64,000 bases of DNA from Candidatus Sungiibacteriota bacterium (GCA_016201505.1 JACQCQ010000009.1:1991-65990); one strand, 5' to 3'. Positions 28,011 to 39,393 are shown, counted from the first letter of the stretch. A program made the numbers and translations. The notes: a model not told the origin generated them from the letters alone.

Positions 28011-31000
28011 ATGGATATCGGCGAAGTAAAAAATCGAGAAATAGTGGCGGAAATGCAGGAGTCGTATTTGGATTATGCGATGTCGGTTATTGTCTCTCGG
28101 GCTCTGCCCGATGTACGAGACGGATTAAAGCCCGTCCATCGCCGCATTCTCTATGCCATGCATTTACTCCATTTAACGCGCCAATCCAAACATCGAAAAT
28201 CGGCATTGGTGGTTGGCGAGGTGCTGGGTAAATTCCATCCGCACGGGGATGTGGCGGTGTATGACTCAATGGTGCGGCTGGCGCAGGATTTTTCGATGCG
28301 GTACCCCTTAATCGACGGGCAGGGAAATTTCGGTTCGGTGGACGGCGACGGAGCCGCCGCCATGCGGTATTGCATCACCGGCGATACGCGCGTTGTCACA
28401 GATAAAGGCCTTATTCCAATCCAAGAAATTTCCGAGAGCGGGCATGAAGACATCTCAATTTCTGTGTTATCAAAACATAGCATTCAAAATAAAGCGACCA
28501 AATGGTTTGATAGCGGATTTCATCCCACGATTAAAATCGAGACTCGTTCTGGTCAGTCGCTCCAAGGTTCATATAATCACCCTATTTTAATCTGGGCTAA
28601 AAATCCCGTAAGCGGATCGCCTGAATTTCGTTGGAAACTCTTAAGTCAATTGAAAATCGGCGACGTGGCAGTCGTTGATCGCAGGGCCGACACTTTGTGG
28701 CCTAAGGCCGAGCCTTCTCTTTTGCCATACGAGCCCAAAATTCTCGGCAGGAGACAAAAGAAAGTGTTGCCTCAATCTCTGTCTTCTGATCTTAGTTTTC
28801 TCTTAGGTTCATTAACCGCTGAAGGAACCTTAAAAGAACATGCATTGGGATTCTGCAGTAGTGACCTCAATTGGATAGAAGAGTTCAGTCAAAAATGGCA
28901 ACTGGTATTTCCCGATTGCAGATTGCATTCATTCCGGCGCAATCCAAATTCATACGGCAAAAAATCTTATTTTACTCATGAAATTCATTCTCGTCACGTC
29001 ATCGAGTTTCTTAAAAATTTGGGGCTCTCTCCGGTAAAATCAGTCGATCGACAGGTCCCCGGAGTCGTATTTAAAGGCACGAAGTCAACGGTCGCCTCAT
29101 TTTTACGAGCTTATTTTGAAGGCGGCGGGAGCATAAGCTTCAGCGGGAAAATGACAGAGTTGAGCTGTTGCTCGAAGAGTGAGATTCTTTTAAAACAAAT
29201 TCAAATTCTTCTGCTTCGTTTTGGGATCGCCTCCACGCGGCGATATGACCGCTATAAATTAACACACAAAATTTATATTCGCGGACTGGCTAATTGCCGT
29301 CTCTTCCAAGAAGCCATCGGCTTTAATTCCAAAGAGAAACAAGAAACGCTTGAAATGGCTATTCAAAGATTGCATAAAGAATACCCCGCGACAGATTTTA
29401 TTCCGTTCATCAGCGATTTTGTTCGAACGAATGAAAATCGGGCGGTTCGTTTTCGCGAGCGCAGCTTTATGCATAAGCCTAACTTCGATCGGTACGGCTC
29501 TCTTAAAACAAACGGCGAAGCAATTCTTAACCTTCTTCGACCAAGCATTCAATCGGAAATCGGATTTCTGTTTCAAGAATTAATTGAGCAGAATTATTTC
29601 TTTGATCCGGTGGTAAAAATTGAAGCGGGCGGAGTCCACAGAGTCTATTCTATTAAAGTTGAAAGCACCTGCCACTCATTTGTGGCGAACGGGTTTATCA
29701 ACCATAACACCGAAGCACGGATGGCCGATATCACCGCGCTACTCCTTGAAGACATTGATAAAGAGACCGTTGACTTCGCGGATAACTATGACGGGACGCA
29801 AAAAGAGCCGCGCGTTTTGCCGGCGGCGGTGCCCAATTTGTTACTAAACGGCACGCTCGGGATCGCGGTTGGCATGACCACCAATATTCCGCCGCACAAT
29901 TTAACTGAAGTCATTGATGCGGCCGTAACACTGATTGATAAACCCAAATCCACCAATGATGACCTGCTTGAATATGTAAAGGGACCCGATTTTCCGACGG
30001 GCGGCGTCATCTACAACGAAAAAGAAATTAGGGAGGCTTATGCCACCGGCAAGGGCTCGATTGTGATGCGCGGGGTGGCGGAAATTGGCGAAAAGAAAAA
30101 CGGCTATCAGATCATCATCAGCGAAATCCCCTATCAGGTAAATAAATCCGAGTTAATCGAGAAAATTGCCGATCTCGTAAAAGAAAAAAAGATTGAGGGC
30201 ATCCGCGATCTGCGTGATGGGTCGGATCGGGAAGGTATGCGCATTGAGATTGACCTAAAAGCCGACAGCTATCCGCAGAAAGTTTTAAATAATCTATTTA
30301 CGCATACGGATCTAGAAAAGCGCTTTCATATCAATATGTTGGCGCTCGTCGACGGCATCCAGCCGCAGGTTCTGTCGCTTAAATCGATCCTGGAGGAATA
30401 TTTAAAGCACCGATTTCAAATTGTCACGCGGCGCAGCACATTTGATCTGGCCCGCGCCAAAGACCGCGCTCATATTTTAGAAGGACTGAAAAAAGCGCTC
30501 GACAATATTGATAAAGTTATCGACACGATTAAAAAATCGGCCGATCGGGACGTAGCGCGCGATAATTTAATCAAAAAGTTTTCTTTGTCCGAAAAACAAG
30601 CACTCGCCATTTTGGAGATGCGGCTGGCCACACTTGCTGGTCTCGAGCGGCAGAAAATCGAGGCTGAATTAAAAGAAAAACTGGCCTTAATCCGCGATCT
30701 GGAAGCCTTACTAAAAGATCCAGCCAAAATTCAGACGGTGATTAAAAAAGAATTAGTAGCTACACGCGAGAAATACGGTGATGAGCGGAAGACGAAAGTC
30801 ATCAAATCCGCCGTTCGCGAATTTTCCGATGAAGATTTGATTCCCGAAGAGGAGACACTGGTGGTGGTGACCCGCGGCGGCTACATCAAGCGGGTAAAAC
30901 CGGAATCCTACCGCATGCAAAAGCGCGGCGGCAAGGGGTTGATTGGCATTGAAACGAAAGAAGAAGACGTGGTCGAACATCTAGTTTCGGCGAGCACTCA

Positions 31001-31787
31001 TTCGGATCTTTTGTTTTTTACCTCATCCGGCAAAGTTTTTCAGGTGAAAGCCTATGAGATTCCCGAAGCCTCCAGGACCGCCAAGGGCAAGGCCATTTTT
31101 AATTTCCTTTCGGTAAATCAAGATGAATTAATCACCTCGATTTTAGCTGCTCCCAAAACGCGGGCGCGCCGCGGCGAAAGAGAAAAATCGGAATTCTTTG
31201 TGATGCTAACGCGCCGCGGCGTGATTAAAAAAGTAGAGGCCTCGGCTTTTGGCGATGTGCGACATTCGGGCTTAATCGCCATCGGCTTAAAATCAGATGA
31301 TACGCTGGGCTGGGTTAAATTAACCAATGGCGCCCATGATATTATCGCGGTCACTAAATTGGGCCAGGCCATCCGGTTCTCCGAGCGTGATGTCCGAGCC
31401 ATGGGACGTACCGCCTCCGGCGTTACCGCCCTGCGGCTTAAAAAATCAGACGAAGTCGTCGGCATGGACGTGGTGATTGATGCCGGCGCTAATCTTTTGG
31501 TTATCATGTCGCAAGGCTACGGCAAGAAGACCCCCTTAAAACAATATAAGCGGCAGAAACGCGGCGGCTCGGGCATTAAAACAGCCAAAGTCGTACCCAA
31601 AAACGGCTACGTCATTTCGACTCACGTCATCCAGGCTGAAGAAACCCAACTCGTCTGCATTTCGCGCAAAGGCCAGGTCATTCGGATTGAGCTTTCGGCC
31701 ATTCCAACGCTCGGCCGCGCCACCCAGGGTGTTCGCATCATCCGACTCGAGACCTCGGACGCGCTCGCCTCAATGACGACGTTTTAA
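28011..31787 (+). CDS. gyrA: DNA gyrase subunit A with intein
   Basis: [20 protein letters not shown], GyrA-box QKRGGKG. Confidence 0.98.
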   Translation: MDIGEVKNREIVAEMQESYLDYAMSVIVSRALPDVRDGLKPVHRRILYAMHLLHLTRQSKHRKSALVVGEVLGKFHPHGDVAVYDSMVRLAQDFSMRYPLIDGQGNFGSVDGDGAAAMRYCITGDTRVVTDKGLIPIQEISESGHEDISISVLSKHSIQNKATKWFDSGFHPTIKIETRSGQSLQGSYNHPILIWAKNPVSGSPEFRWKLLSQLKIGDVAVVDRRADTLWPKAEPSLLPYEPKILGRRQKKVLPQSLSSDLSFLLGSLTAEGTLKEHALGFCSSDLNWIEEFSQKWQLVFPDCRLHSFRRNPNSYGKKSYFTHEIHSRHVIEFLKNLGLSPVKSVDRQVPGVVFKGTKSTVASFLRAYFEGGGSISFSGKMTELSCCSKSEILLKQIQILLLRFGIASTRRYDRYKLTHKIYIRGLANCRLFQEAIGFNSKEKQETLEMAIQRLHKEYPATDFIPFISDFVRTNENRAVRFRERSFMHKPNFDRYGSLKTNGEAILNLLRPSIQSEIGFLFQELIEQNYFFDPVVKIEAGGVHRVYSIKVESTCHSFVANGFINHNTEARMADITALLLEDIDKETVDFADNYDGTQKEPRVLPAAVPNLLLNGTLGIAVGMTTNIPPHNLTEVIDAAVTLIDKPKSTNDDLLEYVKGPDFPTGGVIYNEKEIREAYATGKGSIVMRGVAEIGEKKNGYQIIISEIPYQVNKSELIEKIADLVKEKKIEGIRDLRDGSDREGMRIEIDLKADSYPQKVLNNLFTHTDLEKRFHINMLALVDGIQPQVLSLKSILEEYLKHRFQIVTRRSTFDLARAKDRAHILEGLKKALDNIDKVIDTIKKSADRDVARDNLIKKFSLSEKQALAILEMRLATLAGLERQKIEAELKEKLALIRDLEALLKDPAKIQTVIKKELVATREKYGDERKTKVIKSAVREFSDEDLIPEEETLVVVTRGGYIKRVKPESYRMQKRGGKGLIGIETKEEDVVEHLVSASTHSDLLFFTSSGKVFQVKAYEIPEASRTAKGKAIFNFLSVNQDELITSILAAPKTRARRGEREKSEFFVMLTRRGVIKKVEASAFGDVRHSGLIAIGLKSDDTLGWVKLTNGAHDIIAVTKLGQAIRFSERDVRAMGRTASGVTALRLKKSDEVVGMDVVIDAGANLLVIMSQGYGKKTPLKQYKRQKRGGSGIKTAKVVPKNGYVISTHVIQAEETQLVCISRKGQVIRIELSAIPTLGRATQGVRIIRLETSDALASMTTF
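28371..29708 (+). mobile_element. 446-aa intein with a LAGLIDADG endonuclease domain
   Basis: Y|CITGD...FINHN|T junctions; LGSLTAEG and LRAYFEGGG motifs. Confidence 0.95.
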
Positions 31788-31862
31788 AAAATGAGCGTAG
31801 AGAAGCGTCCCCGACCAAATCGGGCGTTTTTCTTTTGCGCCTCCTCATTTATAATGAGATGT

Positions 31863-32405
31863 ATGCAAGACCCTTCGTCTTTTTTAAATCCCGAACGGGT
31901 GGTTTCTTATTTTGACATCGCAAAAGGCTCGATCGTCGCTGATTTCGGCGCTGGTGCGGGGTATTACACCATTCCGCTGGCGCGTAAAGTCGGGCCGGAG
32001 GGGAAGGTCTACGCCTTCGACATCCAGCCGCATTCGGCCGACCTTGTCCGGTCGAAAGCCCGCATGCATCATATATTGCAAGTTGAAGCCTTGACGGCGG
32101 ATCTGGAACGAAATCATGGGACGCATTTAAAAGATGCAGTCGTTGATTTTATTCTTTGCTCATCAGTCCTGCATCAGGCCGAGGATAAACTGGCCGTATT
32201 GCACGAAGCCGCACGCATTCTAAAACCCGGCCGCCTGCTGGCCGTAATTGAATGGGATCTTATCCCTGCGCCCGGGGGGCCCAAGCCGGAATTTCGCATT
32301 GCCAAAGCTCGCGCGCGCGAGCTTTGCGAGTCTTCCGGTTTCATGCTCGATCGGGAATTCGAAGCCGGCACGCATCACTACGGACTTTTATTTAAAAAAC
32401 GCTGA
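31863..32405 (+). CDS. Class I SAM-dependent methyltransferase
   Basis: VADFGAGAG, RILKPG. Confidence 0.9.
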   Translation: MQDPSSFLNPERVVSYFDIAKGSIVADFGAGAGYYTIPLARKVGPEGKVYAFDIQPHSADLVRSKARMHHILQVEALTADLERNHGTHLKDAVVDFILCSSVLHQAEDKLAVLHEAARILKPGRLLAVIEWDLIPAPGGPKPEFRIAKARARELCESSGFMLDREFEAGTHHYGLLFKKR

Positions 32406-32411
32406 TCGGCC

Positions 32412-33719
32412 ATGCTGAAAAATCTCAAATCTAAAATTATAGCTTTCGCTGTTGCGGGGTTTGTCATTTTGTTGGCCATGCTGATTTTGACTGGTGTCAT
32501 TTCGCCGTTTAAAGCTAAGCCCGTCTCCGGCCAAGTTACGGTCTGGGTGCCGCCGCAATATAAGAGCGCCATGGCTCCAATAGTTACTTCTTTTCAATCT
32601 CAATACCCGGCGGTCAAGGTGACGCTAGAGGAAAAAAACGAGACGACCTACGAGACCGATTTAATCAATGCTCTCGCCTCCGGCGCGGGGCCGGATGTCA
32701 TCCTCCTGCCTTCTTCTGATATTGGTCTTTGGCAAAATAAGTTACTCCCCGCTCCTAGAACGAATGTCCTAACACTTGATCAATTTGAGTCCCAAGCCCC
32801 TGACGCGGCGATTGCCGACCTGGTAACGCAAAAAGGCGAGATGCTCGGCCTTCCGCTCTCCGTCGATACGTTGGCGCTCTACTATAATAAGGATTTGTTT
32901 AACGCGGCCAATATCATTAGTCCGCCGCAAACCTGGGATGATTTTGCCGCCGCTTCAGGCCTCATGGTGGCCCGTTTAATAAACGGCGACCTGACTCAAT
33001 CCGGCGCCTCGATCGGAACGGCGCAAAATGTAAATCATTTTTTTGAGATTCTTTCTGAACTGATTTTGCAAACGGGAAATCCGATCGCGACACTGGATGG
33101 GCATGTAACACTCGCGGATAAAACCGGCGACTCCTACCCCGCTCTTTCGGCGCTTAACTTCTACACCTCCTTCGCCGATCCCTCAAATAAAAACTATTCT
33201 TGGACGAATGCCGGCCCCAATTCGCTTGAGGCCTTCGCCCAAGGCCAGGCGGGCATGTATTTCGGCTATGCCGCTGATTTAGAGACGATTATTACCAAAA
33301 ACCCGCATCTTAATTTCAGCGTGGCGCCCTTCCCCCAGCTTGCCAAAGGCAGCCGCAAATCGTTCGCCCGCTATCCGGTTTTAGCGGTCACGCGCGCCTC
33401 GACCAATCCAACTATTGCCTGGGCTTTCATCAGTAATTTTTATACCGCGGCCAATCAAAAAATTCTGATTGACGCGCTTGGCCTTCCGCCGGCGCGGCGC
33501 GATTTGATACATTCGTTGCCGCCGAATAAAATTTTGCGCCCCTTTTATGATCAGGTGCTGTCCGGCCAGTCCTGGCCCATTCCGGATTACGGCCGCGCGC
33601 AGTCTATTTTCCGCACGATGATTGAGTCGGCCGTATCGGGCGGCTCGATTGGTTCGGCTGATGCCATCAGTCGGGCCGCAGGCCAATTAAAACTTTTGTT
33701 AAATCCCAATGGCCAGTAG
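32412..33719 (+). CDS. Extracellular solute-binding protein (sugar-type)
   Basis: GPDV, LYYNKDLF, PPQTWD. Confidence 0.88.
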   Translation: MLKNLKSKIIAFAVAGFVILLAMLILTGVISPFKAKPVSGQVTVWVPPQYKSAMAPIVTSFQSQYPAVKVTLEEKNETTYETDLINALASGAGPDVILLPSSDIGLWQNKLLPAPRTNVLTLDQFESQAPDAAIADLVTQKGEMLGLPLSVDTLALYYNKDLFNAANIISPPQTWDDFAAASGLMVARLINGDLTQSGASIGTAQNVNHFFEILSELILQTGNPIATLDGHVTLADKTGDSYPALSALNFYTSFADPSNKNYSWTNAGPNSLEAFAQGQAGMYFGYAADLETIITKNPHLNFSVAPFPQLAKGSRKSFARYPVLAVTRASTNPTIAWAFISNFYTAANQKILIDALGLPPARRDLIHSLPPNKILRPFYDQVLSGQSWPIPDYGRAQSIFRTMIESAVSGGSIGSADAISRAAGQLKLLLNPNGQ

Positions 33720-34650
33720 AAAAATAATTATAATCTTTTTTAGTCTCTTGGGGCTCGCGCTGGTTGCTTCGCCGATTCTCGTCATGTCGCAAAGCTCGGG
33801 GATTGTGCCGTGCGGCAACGGCGGCGGGCTTTCTGGCTGGATACCCTGCACCTTCTGCGACTTTTGGGGGCTGTTAAAAAATCTGATTGATTTTATCGCC
33901 GTAAAGTTAGCGCTCCCGCTCGCGGTCATTATGTTCATCTACGCCGGATTTCGCTATGCGTTTTCCGCCGGCAAGGAATCAAACATTAGCGCCGCGCGCG
34001 AGATTTTAACCCAAACGGCGATCGGCCTTTTAATCGTCTTCGGCGTCTATTTCATAACCGATACTTTGATAAAAATTATCGCCGGCGGCGCGCCGAAAGC
34101 CATAGAAAATCTTGGGCCCTGGAGGAATCCTTTTGAGCCCGGCAAATCAATCTGCACGCCACCTGTTTCAGTCCCCATTTCAAAAGAACCTCCCGTTCCT
34201 TACCCCCGATCAAATGATCAGTCAATTCCTTTGCCGCAGGGAACATTGTCACGGGCTGACGCCGTCGCTCGATTACAGGCGGGAGGGGTAGATACGGGGT
34301 TTATCAGCGCCGAATGTTCTCCCGGTGTCGGTCGCGGGTGCACTTCTCTATCCGGCGTTCTACCCTCGACCATTGATGGCGCCGTCGCCCTGCAAAAGGC
34401 CTGTGATGCGGCAACAAGCGGCGAGAGATGCCAATTATTGATTACCGGGGGCACCGAGACGGGGCACTCTGACAACGGCGTTACGCACGCCAGTGGTCAA
34501 AAATTAGATTTTGCAAATTCACCCACTCTCTATCGCTACCTGCAACGCTTGCCTGATATGGGCAATGGCGTTCGGCAAGGACCGGATGGAACACTCTATA
34601 GATTTGAAACTAATCCGTTTCACTGGGATGTCGCATTCCCCAAGAAATAA
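33709..34650 (+). CDS. Pilin-like membrane domain fused to a putative M15-type Zn peptidase domain
   Basis: GIVPC...C..CDF pilin pattern; ITGGTETGH, HASGQKLD, HWD. Confidence 0.65.
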   Translation: MASRKIIIIFFSLLGLALVASPILVMSQSSGIVPCGNGGGLSGWIPCTFCDFWGLLKNLIDFIAVKLALPLAVIMFIYAGFRYAFSAGKESNISAAREILTQTAIGLLIVFGVYFITDTLIKIIAGGAPKAIENLGPWRNPFEPGKSICTPPVSVPISKEPPVPYPRSNDQSIPLPQGTLSRADAVARLQAGGVDTGFISAECSPGVGRGCTSLSGVLPSTIDGAVALQKACDAATSGERCQLLITGGTETGHSDNGVTHASGQKLDFANSPTLYRYLQRLPDMGNGVRQGPDGTLYRFETNPFHWDVAFPKK

Positions 34651-34671
34651 TATTTCGCCTACAATAGACCT

Positions 34672-35529
34672 ATGGAAATTTCAATCATGAAGTCGGGATC
34701 CCGACGTATCGTCGGGATTGTTTCCGCATTTTGTTTCCTGTCGCTTGTTTTCTGTATTCCGGCTTTCACATCTGCTCAAACTGCCTACCCCAATCCGATT
34801 GATCCGATCAACTCCATTCCGGCGCTGGTTGATGGTTTGGCGAATTCAATCAAGCCCATTGTTATCACCTTATCCGCCATTTCGATTTTGATCGGCGCGT
34901 TTTTGTATGTCACTGCGGGCGGGGATGAGAAAAAAATTAAAACAGCCCATGCCGCGCTGACCTATGGTGTTCTGGGCATCATCATCATGCTTTCCGCCAG
35001 CACGATTTCAGAGACCTTAAAAAGTTTTGGCGACCAAGCCAAAGGCAAAAGCCCGCAAGAGTTCCTTGACTTTATCATCAATCTCTTTGGGACGTTAATT
35101 ATGGCGATTTCGGTATTCGCCATTTTGTATGCCGCGTTTCTTTACATCACTTCTGGCGGAGATACCACAAAAGTCTTCCAAGCCAATCGGCTTATTTTAT
35201 ACGCGGTGGTAGGTATCGCTATTGCGGTACTCGCCAAGATCATTCCTAAGGCGTTAGAAACACTCCTTCCCTCCGCCGGTTCAGGCCCGATTTCAAATCA
35301 AATCAGCACGCTCGCTGGCAGAATCGCGCAGGCTTTTGGCACCATCGTGATGGCCGCCTCGGTTCTGGCCGTTCTCTACGCCTCATTCTTATTTGTAACG
35401 GTAACAGAGGATTCTGATCGGGCCACGACCGCGCGCCGCGTTCTGCTCTATGCCTTAATCGGCGTAGCAGTTGGCCTTTTGGCGTATATCATTCCAAATG
35501 TCATTTTGAAATTTGCCCAGTCGTTATAG
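34672..35529 (+). CDS. Triple TrbC/VirB2-like pilin repeat protein
   Basis: Three repeats of F-x-Y/F-x-T-x2-GD...A...YA-x2-G. Confidence 0.75.
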   Translation: MEISIMKSGSRRIVGIVSAFCFLSLVFCIPAFTSAQTAYPNPIDPINSIPALVDGLANSIKPIVITLSAISILIGAFLYVTAGGDEKKIKTAHAALTYGVLGIIIMLSASTISETLKSFGDQAKGKSPQEFLDFIINLFGTLIMAISVFAILYAAFLYITSGGDTTKVFQANRLILYAVVGIAIAVLAKIIPKALETLLPSAGSGPISNQISTLAGRIAQAFGTIVMAASVLAVLYASFLFVTVTEDSDRATTARRVLLYALIGVAVGLLAYIIPNVILKFAQSL

Positions 35530-35626
35530 TACCTTTCTGCGGCTGGGGATAAGTTTTTTCTAAAGTAAGGGTCGATTCTATATAATAAAGATGCTGGAAA
35601 GTACTCAATTTTTGGTTAAGAATTTT

Positions 35627-36013
35627 ATGAAATATCACTCATTACTCAAAATAGGCACTGTGGCGACAGTTGTTGTTTCGTTAGGTCTTTTTATCCCGCA
35701 AATCTCCGGTGCGGCTGCGGTCCCTACGCCATCGTATGCGCCAAATAATACCGGCACCATAAGTGATTTTCCGAATTTTATCTCGAGACTAGGTGGGAAC
35801 GTTGCTAATATTTTTGGGACACTTATTTTGGCTATTTCTGTGATTATGATTCTCTATTCAGCTTTTTTATTTCTCACTGCACAGGGTGATGCGACAAAAC
35901 TTACCACAGCTCGTAACGTGTTACTTTTTGCTTTGGTTGGTGTAGCAGTAGCATTGCTGGCATATATTCTGCCGAATGCTGTAAGTAATTTTGTTCAAAC
36001 AAACGTACAATAG
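35627..36013 (+). CDS. TrbC/VirB2-like pilin
   Basis: FLFLTAQGD...TARNVLLFALVG. Confidence 0.75.
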   Translation: MKYHSLLKIGTVATVVVSLGLFIPQISGAAAVPTPSYAPNNTGTISDFPNFISRLGGNVANIFGTLILAISVIMILYSAFLFLTAQGDATKLTTARNVLLFALVGVAVALLAYILPNAVSNFVQTNVQ

Positions 36014-36028
36014 TCATACAGCAAACAA

Positions 36029-36073
36029 GAAACCGCCCAGCTCCCCTTGCGGGGAACTGGGCGGTCTTCGTTT
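36029..36073. terminator. Bidirectional terminator hairpin
   Basis: ACCGCCCAG...CTGGGCGGT between convergent genes. Confidence 0.7.
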
Positions 36074-36099
36074 CGCGGGGCATCCGCGAAACGGTTGGG

Positions 36100-37356
36100 T
36101 CAGGATTTCGCTTGCGGCGTTACCCTGACCGTGAAGACGGCTCGCGCGACTTTGTCGCGCGAGCGCTCCTGAACAAGAAGACGCAGGTCGGAGAGCCCAG
36201 GTTTCTCCGGCAAGGGGAAACTTCCCATTGTCGGCTCGCCGTTTTGGCAGGGCCAGCGAACGTTCTCGTACTTCCATTCGCTGGTTTCCGCGTTGAACGT
36301 CGCGAGATTGGTCTCGACATCGCAAAGAGCAACCGGCAGGCCGTTACCGGCCCTTTCGCCAGTCAGTCCCTCGCGGTACTCGAGCACCGACTCCGATTTG
36401 GCGAGAATCGGCCGCGAGACCAGTTTCCACTTGGTGTCGGTCGGCTGGATGACGACGTCCTCCCGCCAAGCCTCGACCGCGATCTGCCGCGGCGTGAAGC
36501 TTGTCGCCGGCCGCGACGTGATCCAGTTGTGCCCCCACATGAGACCAAGTCCCACCAGGAGCACAAGCACTGCGAGCGCTACCTTCTGTGTGAACCAGCT
36601 AAGCACCACCGCCGTCTTGGTACCGGCTGCAGCGACTTGCCGCTTCTCTCTCATCGCGAGGATGATCAAGATGGCGGCAACGGCAACAGCGAGGAACCGG
36701 AGGATGGTGGCGTAAGGCGTCCACCAGCTGGACGAAAAGATCGTCTGCTTATCGAAGACCGTCCGCCAGCTTGCATCGCTCGGATACAGCCAACAGCCGA
36801 GGCTCACCAGCACATGGATCGCGAAGATGACAAGGACCAATTTCTTGATCCGTCGCGATCCACTCTGGTCCCAAACCCCGTAGAAAATTGCCAACCCGAT
36901 GCAGCCGAGGAAGACCATGAAGGCAACCTCGGGCCGCTCATCAACGGGGAGCCAGACTTCGGCGAAGCCGATCATCATCAGGACGCAGACGACGCCTGCG
37001 GCGAGTTGTAGATACTTTTTTGCCGACTCGATGATGATGTGGGCGATGCGCTCGTCTCGCACGGGCGACGTAGCCGGTTGCCGATTGAACAGAGTCTCCA
37101 GCTCGATACCGATCACGGCACGCCGCCACTCGAGCCAGAAGAAGATTCCCATGCCGATCGGCATGGCGACGTCGAGCGCCACGAGCTTCTGGTAGAAGCC
37201 GTAGGCTCCGGCGATTCCGCCTGCCAGGATCAGCCCGAGCGTAGCAAGAACGGCCACGAAAACCGAGTTCCGCAGCCGGCGCAGCTCGGTCAGGTGCCAG
37301 GTCAGAGCCTCCTGGATCGTGTGGATAATGGTCATGAAGGTTTGCATTAGATCCAC
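36100..37356 (-). CDS. Hypothetical multi-pass membrane protein
   Basis: About seven TM helices; overlaps the upstream ORF. Confidence 0.7.
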   Translation of the reverse strand: MDLMQTFMTIIHTIQEALTWHLTELRRLRNSVFVAVLATLGLILAGGIAGAYGFYQKLVALDVAMPIGMGIFFWLEWRRAVIGIELETLFNRQPATSPVRDERIAHIIIESAKKYLQLAAGVVCVLMMIGFAEVWLPVDERPEVAFMVFLGCIGLAIFYGVWDQSGSRRIKKLVLVIFAIHVLVSLGCWLYPSDASWRTVFDKQTIFSSSWWTPYATILRFLAVAVAAILIILAMREKRQVAAAGTKTAVVLSWFTQKVALAVLVLLVGLGLMWGHNWITSRPATSFTPRQIAVEAWREDVVIQPTDTKWKLVSRPILAKSESVLEYREGLTGERAGNGLPVALCDVETNLATFNAETSEWKYENVRWPCQNGEPTMGSFPLPEKPGLSDLRLLVQERSRDKVARAVFTVRVTPQAKS

Positions 37357-37958
37357 CTCCTCCAGCCGCGGGCGTTTCGAGCGTTGATGGCCCGGAGGCC
37401 ATAAGCAATTCGATCGATTTGCTGTGCGACCGCCTGGTCAGCCGCAGCCAGTCTCGGCAGTGTCGTTTGGGCTACCACATGGATGGCCATCTTCAGAAAC
37501 TCGGCCAGTCCATCATTATGGTAGATTCCGAGACGTGCGATGAAGTTCGCGACTCCCTGTCGGGGGTCGGAATCCCAGAGCAACTGCTCAAGCTCAGGGT
37601 AAACCTTAGCACGGTCTCGCTGGGGAACCTTCGTCAACATGTTGACGATCCAGTTCTCCCGCGTGTACGTGTCACCGACAGGGATGAATCCCCCTTCGGT
37701 ATTCATGTACTCGAGGAGCTGCACGATCCTCTGGCAGTTGAACCTGCCGAGGTCCTGTACCATCTCGATGCGGTCGGTATCGAAGATGTGGCCGAGTTCT
37801 CGGCCAAACCCCTCCGCCGCACGCCGGTGGCGCTCTTTCGGGTCGCTCGTCATCTCGGCATCAGGATTATGCTTGTGCCAGAAATGTAACCCGACCCCGA
37901 GAACGCTCCAGAACAGCGTTTCCGTCCCGACCTCTTTCAGCCAGTCAGGGATTCTCAT
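37347..37958 (-). CDS. Hypothetical protein
   Basis: ATGA overlap with the upstream ORF. Confidence 0.7.
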   Translation of the reverse strand: MRIPDWLKEVGTETLFWSVLGVGLHFWHKHNPDAEMTSDPKERHRRAAEGFGRELGHIFDTDRIEMVQDLGRFNCQRIVQLLEYMNTEGGFIPVGDTYTRENWIVNMLTKVPQRDRAKVYPELEQLLWDSDPRQGVANFIARLGIYHNDGLAEFLKMAIHVVAQTTLPRLAAADQAVAQQIDRIAYGLRAINARNARGWRRWI

Positions 37959-38551
37959 GGCTTCAGTCCTTTCAGCCAGCTCTTGTCAGCCGGCCCGAAG
38001 TTTTTCCCCGGGAGAATTTTCTCCCAGATGAGTTCATCGTTGAGTCCGGCGATGACGCGAACGAGTGCACCCTCGTTTCCCGTGAAGGAAAATGAGAGCG
38101 AACCATCCGCTTCAGTCTTGAGGTTCGACTGCTTGATTCCCGCGACCTCGACAGTCACGGGACAGTCACCGATCAGCTGATCATCCGCGTCCGCGGCGCT
38201 GATAAGAAGACGCCAGTTGCCCGGCTCGCCCGTGTCGCTCACGCGGAGCTTCGCGGGCTTCTTCTTTTCCCTCATCTTCGGGGTCTCGATCGTCTCACGC
38301 GCATGATCTTCCAAAGCTTCGCACTGCGCGGTGATGAGATAGTTCCCCGCGGCAAGACCCGACCATTTGTAATTTGCACGACCGTGGTCGCTTGTCCGCC
38401 TTTCCTCTTGCGCGGCGATGCCGTTCAAAAAAAAGGTGACACGCTTGTTGATGTCTGGTTGCCTGCGTTCTCTTACGAGAACAGTCGCTTCGACTGTCCC
38501 CATGTCACCTTCTTTATTGGCGACGGTTTTGAGACTTATCCAGTCCGCCAT
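37955..38551 (-). CDS. Hypothetical protein, possibly two Ig-like domains
   Basis: GGAGG SD; beta-strand pattern with T-x2-DG/HG motifs. Confidence 0.6.
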   Translation of the reverse strand: MADWISLKTVANKEGDMGTVEATVLVRERRQPDINKRVTFFLNGIAAQEERRTSDHGRANYKWSGLAAGNYLITAQCEALEDHARETIETPKMREKKKPAKLRVSDTGEPGNWRLLISAADADDQLIGDCPVTVEVAGIKQSNLKTEADGSLSFSFTGNEGALVRVIAGLNDELIWEKILPGKNFGPADKSWLKGLKP

Positions 38552-38814
38552 TTTCCGATCCTCCTGCCGCGAATGCGGCGTCCACGTTCTCTACGTGGGT
38601 TAAGGTTAGATTCGTTTGCTTGCGCTCGTATCTATCGGAAAAGGCAGTTTTTGCCTTTTGTTAGTATATTCAGCTGTCAAACAGCCTTAGTTAAGCCAAA
38701 TTTCAGGCTCAACCAACTGGCCGCTATTTTAAACTATAATTATAGTAAAAGTCAACCGCTTGTCATGGTTCAATAGCTTGGCGATAATTTACCAAAATCT
38801 AACTCCCCGTACCT

Positions 38815-38844
38815 ACCGATATCTCCCTATAGTACAATATAGGT
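38815..38844. promoter_or_regulatory. 30-bp dyad site overlapping a TACAAT -10 box, directly before the ATG
   Basis: ACCGATAT-N4-CTATAG-N4-ATATAGGT; recurs at 39407 and 48065. Confidence 0.75.
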
Positions 38845-39393
38845 ATGAAGTCTAAGATGGGGCCCATCCAAAGTTCATTGCTTGAGGCGTTGTCCGAACT
38901 CGGCACAATCACCTACGCGGTTTTGACATCGTCGAGGAACACAAAGCTCCTGCGGCGTAAACTCGGCGCGTATGGAGTACCCAATCCGGCATTTCGCCGT
39001 TCTCTGGAGAAACTTAAGGAACGCGGCTACGTGGAATTTAAAATTATCCAGGGGGAAGAATATTTGGTACTGTCGAAATCAGGCAAAGAAAAAATGAAGA
39101 GTAAGGAAGTGCTTGAATTAAAATTGCCTCGGCAGCCAAAGTGGGACAAGAAGTGGCGCGTCATACTGTTTGATATCCCCGAGCGTTTTAAAACGGCGAG
39201 GCGTGCACTCTCATTTCAATTGCGATCGATGGGGGCCGTTCCGTTTCAGAAAAGTGTCTTTGTCTTCCCCTACCATTGCAAAAAAGAAGTCGAGTTTGTG
39301 TCAAATTTTTTCGGCGTGGGGCCATACATTCGTTATATGGAAGCCAAGATTATGGGCGATGACGAATCTTTGCGAAAGCACTTTAACCTTTGA
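38845..39393 (+). CDS. PaaX-like winged-helix plus Cas2-like domain protein
   Basis: WDKKWRVILFDIPE and FQKSVFV motifs after a wHTH. Confidence 0.85.
   Translation: MKSKMGPIQSSLLEALSELGTITYAVLTSSRNTKLLRRKLGAYGVPNPAFRRSLEKLKERGYVEFKIIQGEEYLVLSKSGKEKMKSKEVLELKLPRQPKWDKKWRVILFDIPERFKTARRALSFQLRSMGAVPFQKSVFVFPYHCKKEVEFVSNFFGVGPYIRYMEAKIMGDDESLRKHFNL

Noticed and set aside
36112-37889. Long plus-strand ORFs opposite the three-gene cassette
   Set aside because: Antisense shadows typical of GC-rich coding DNA; the SD and gene overlaps support the minus strand.
38845-39393. Cas2 of a CRISPR-Cas system
   Set aside because: Fused to a wHTH (PaaX-like), with no cas1 or array in the window.
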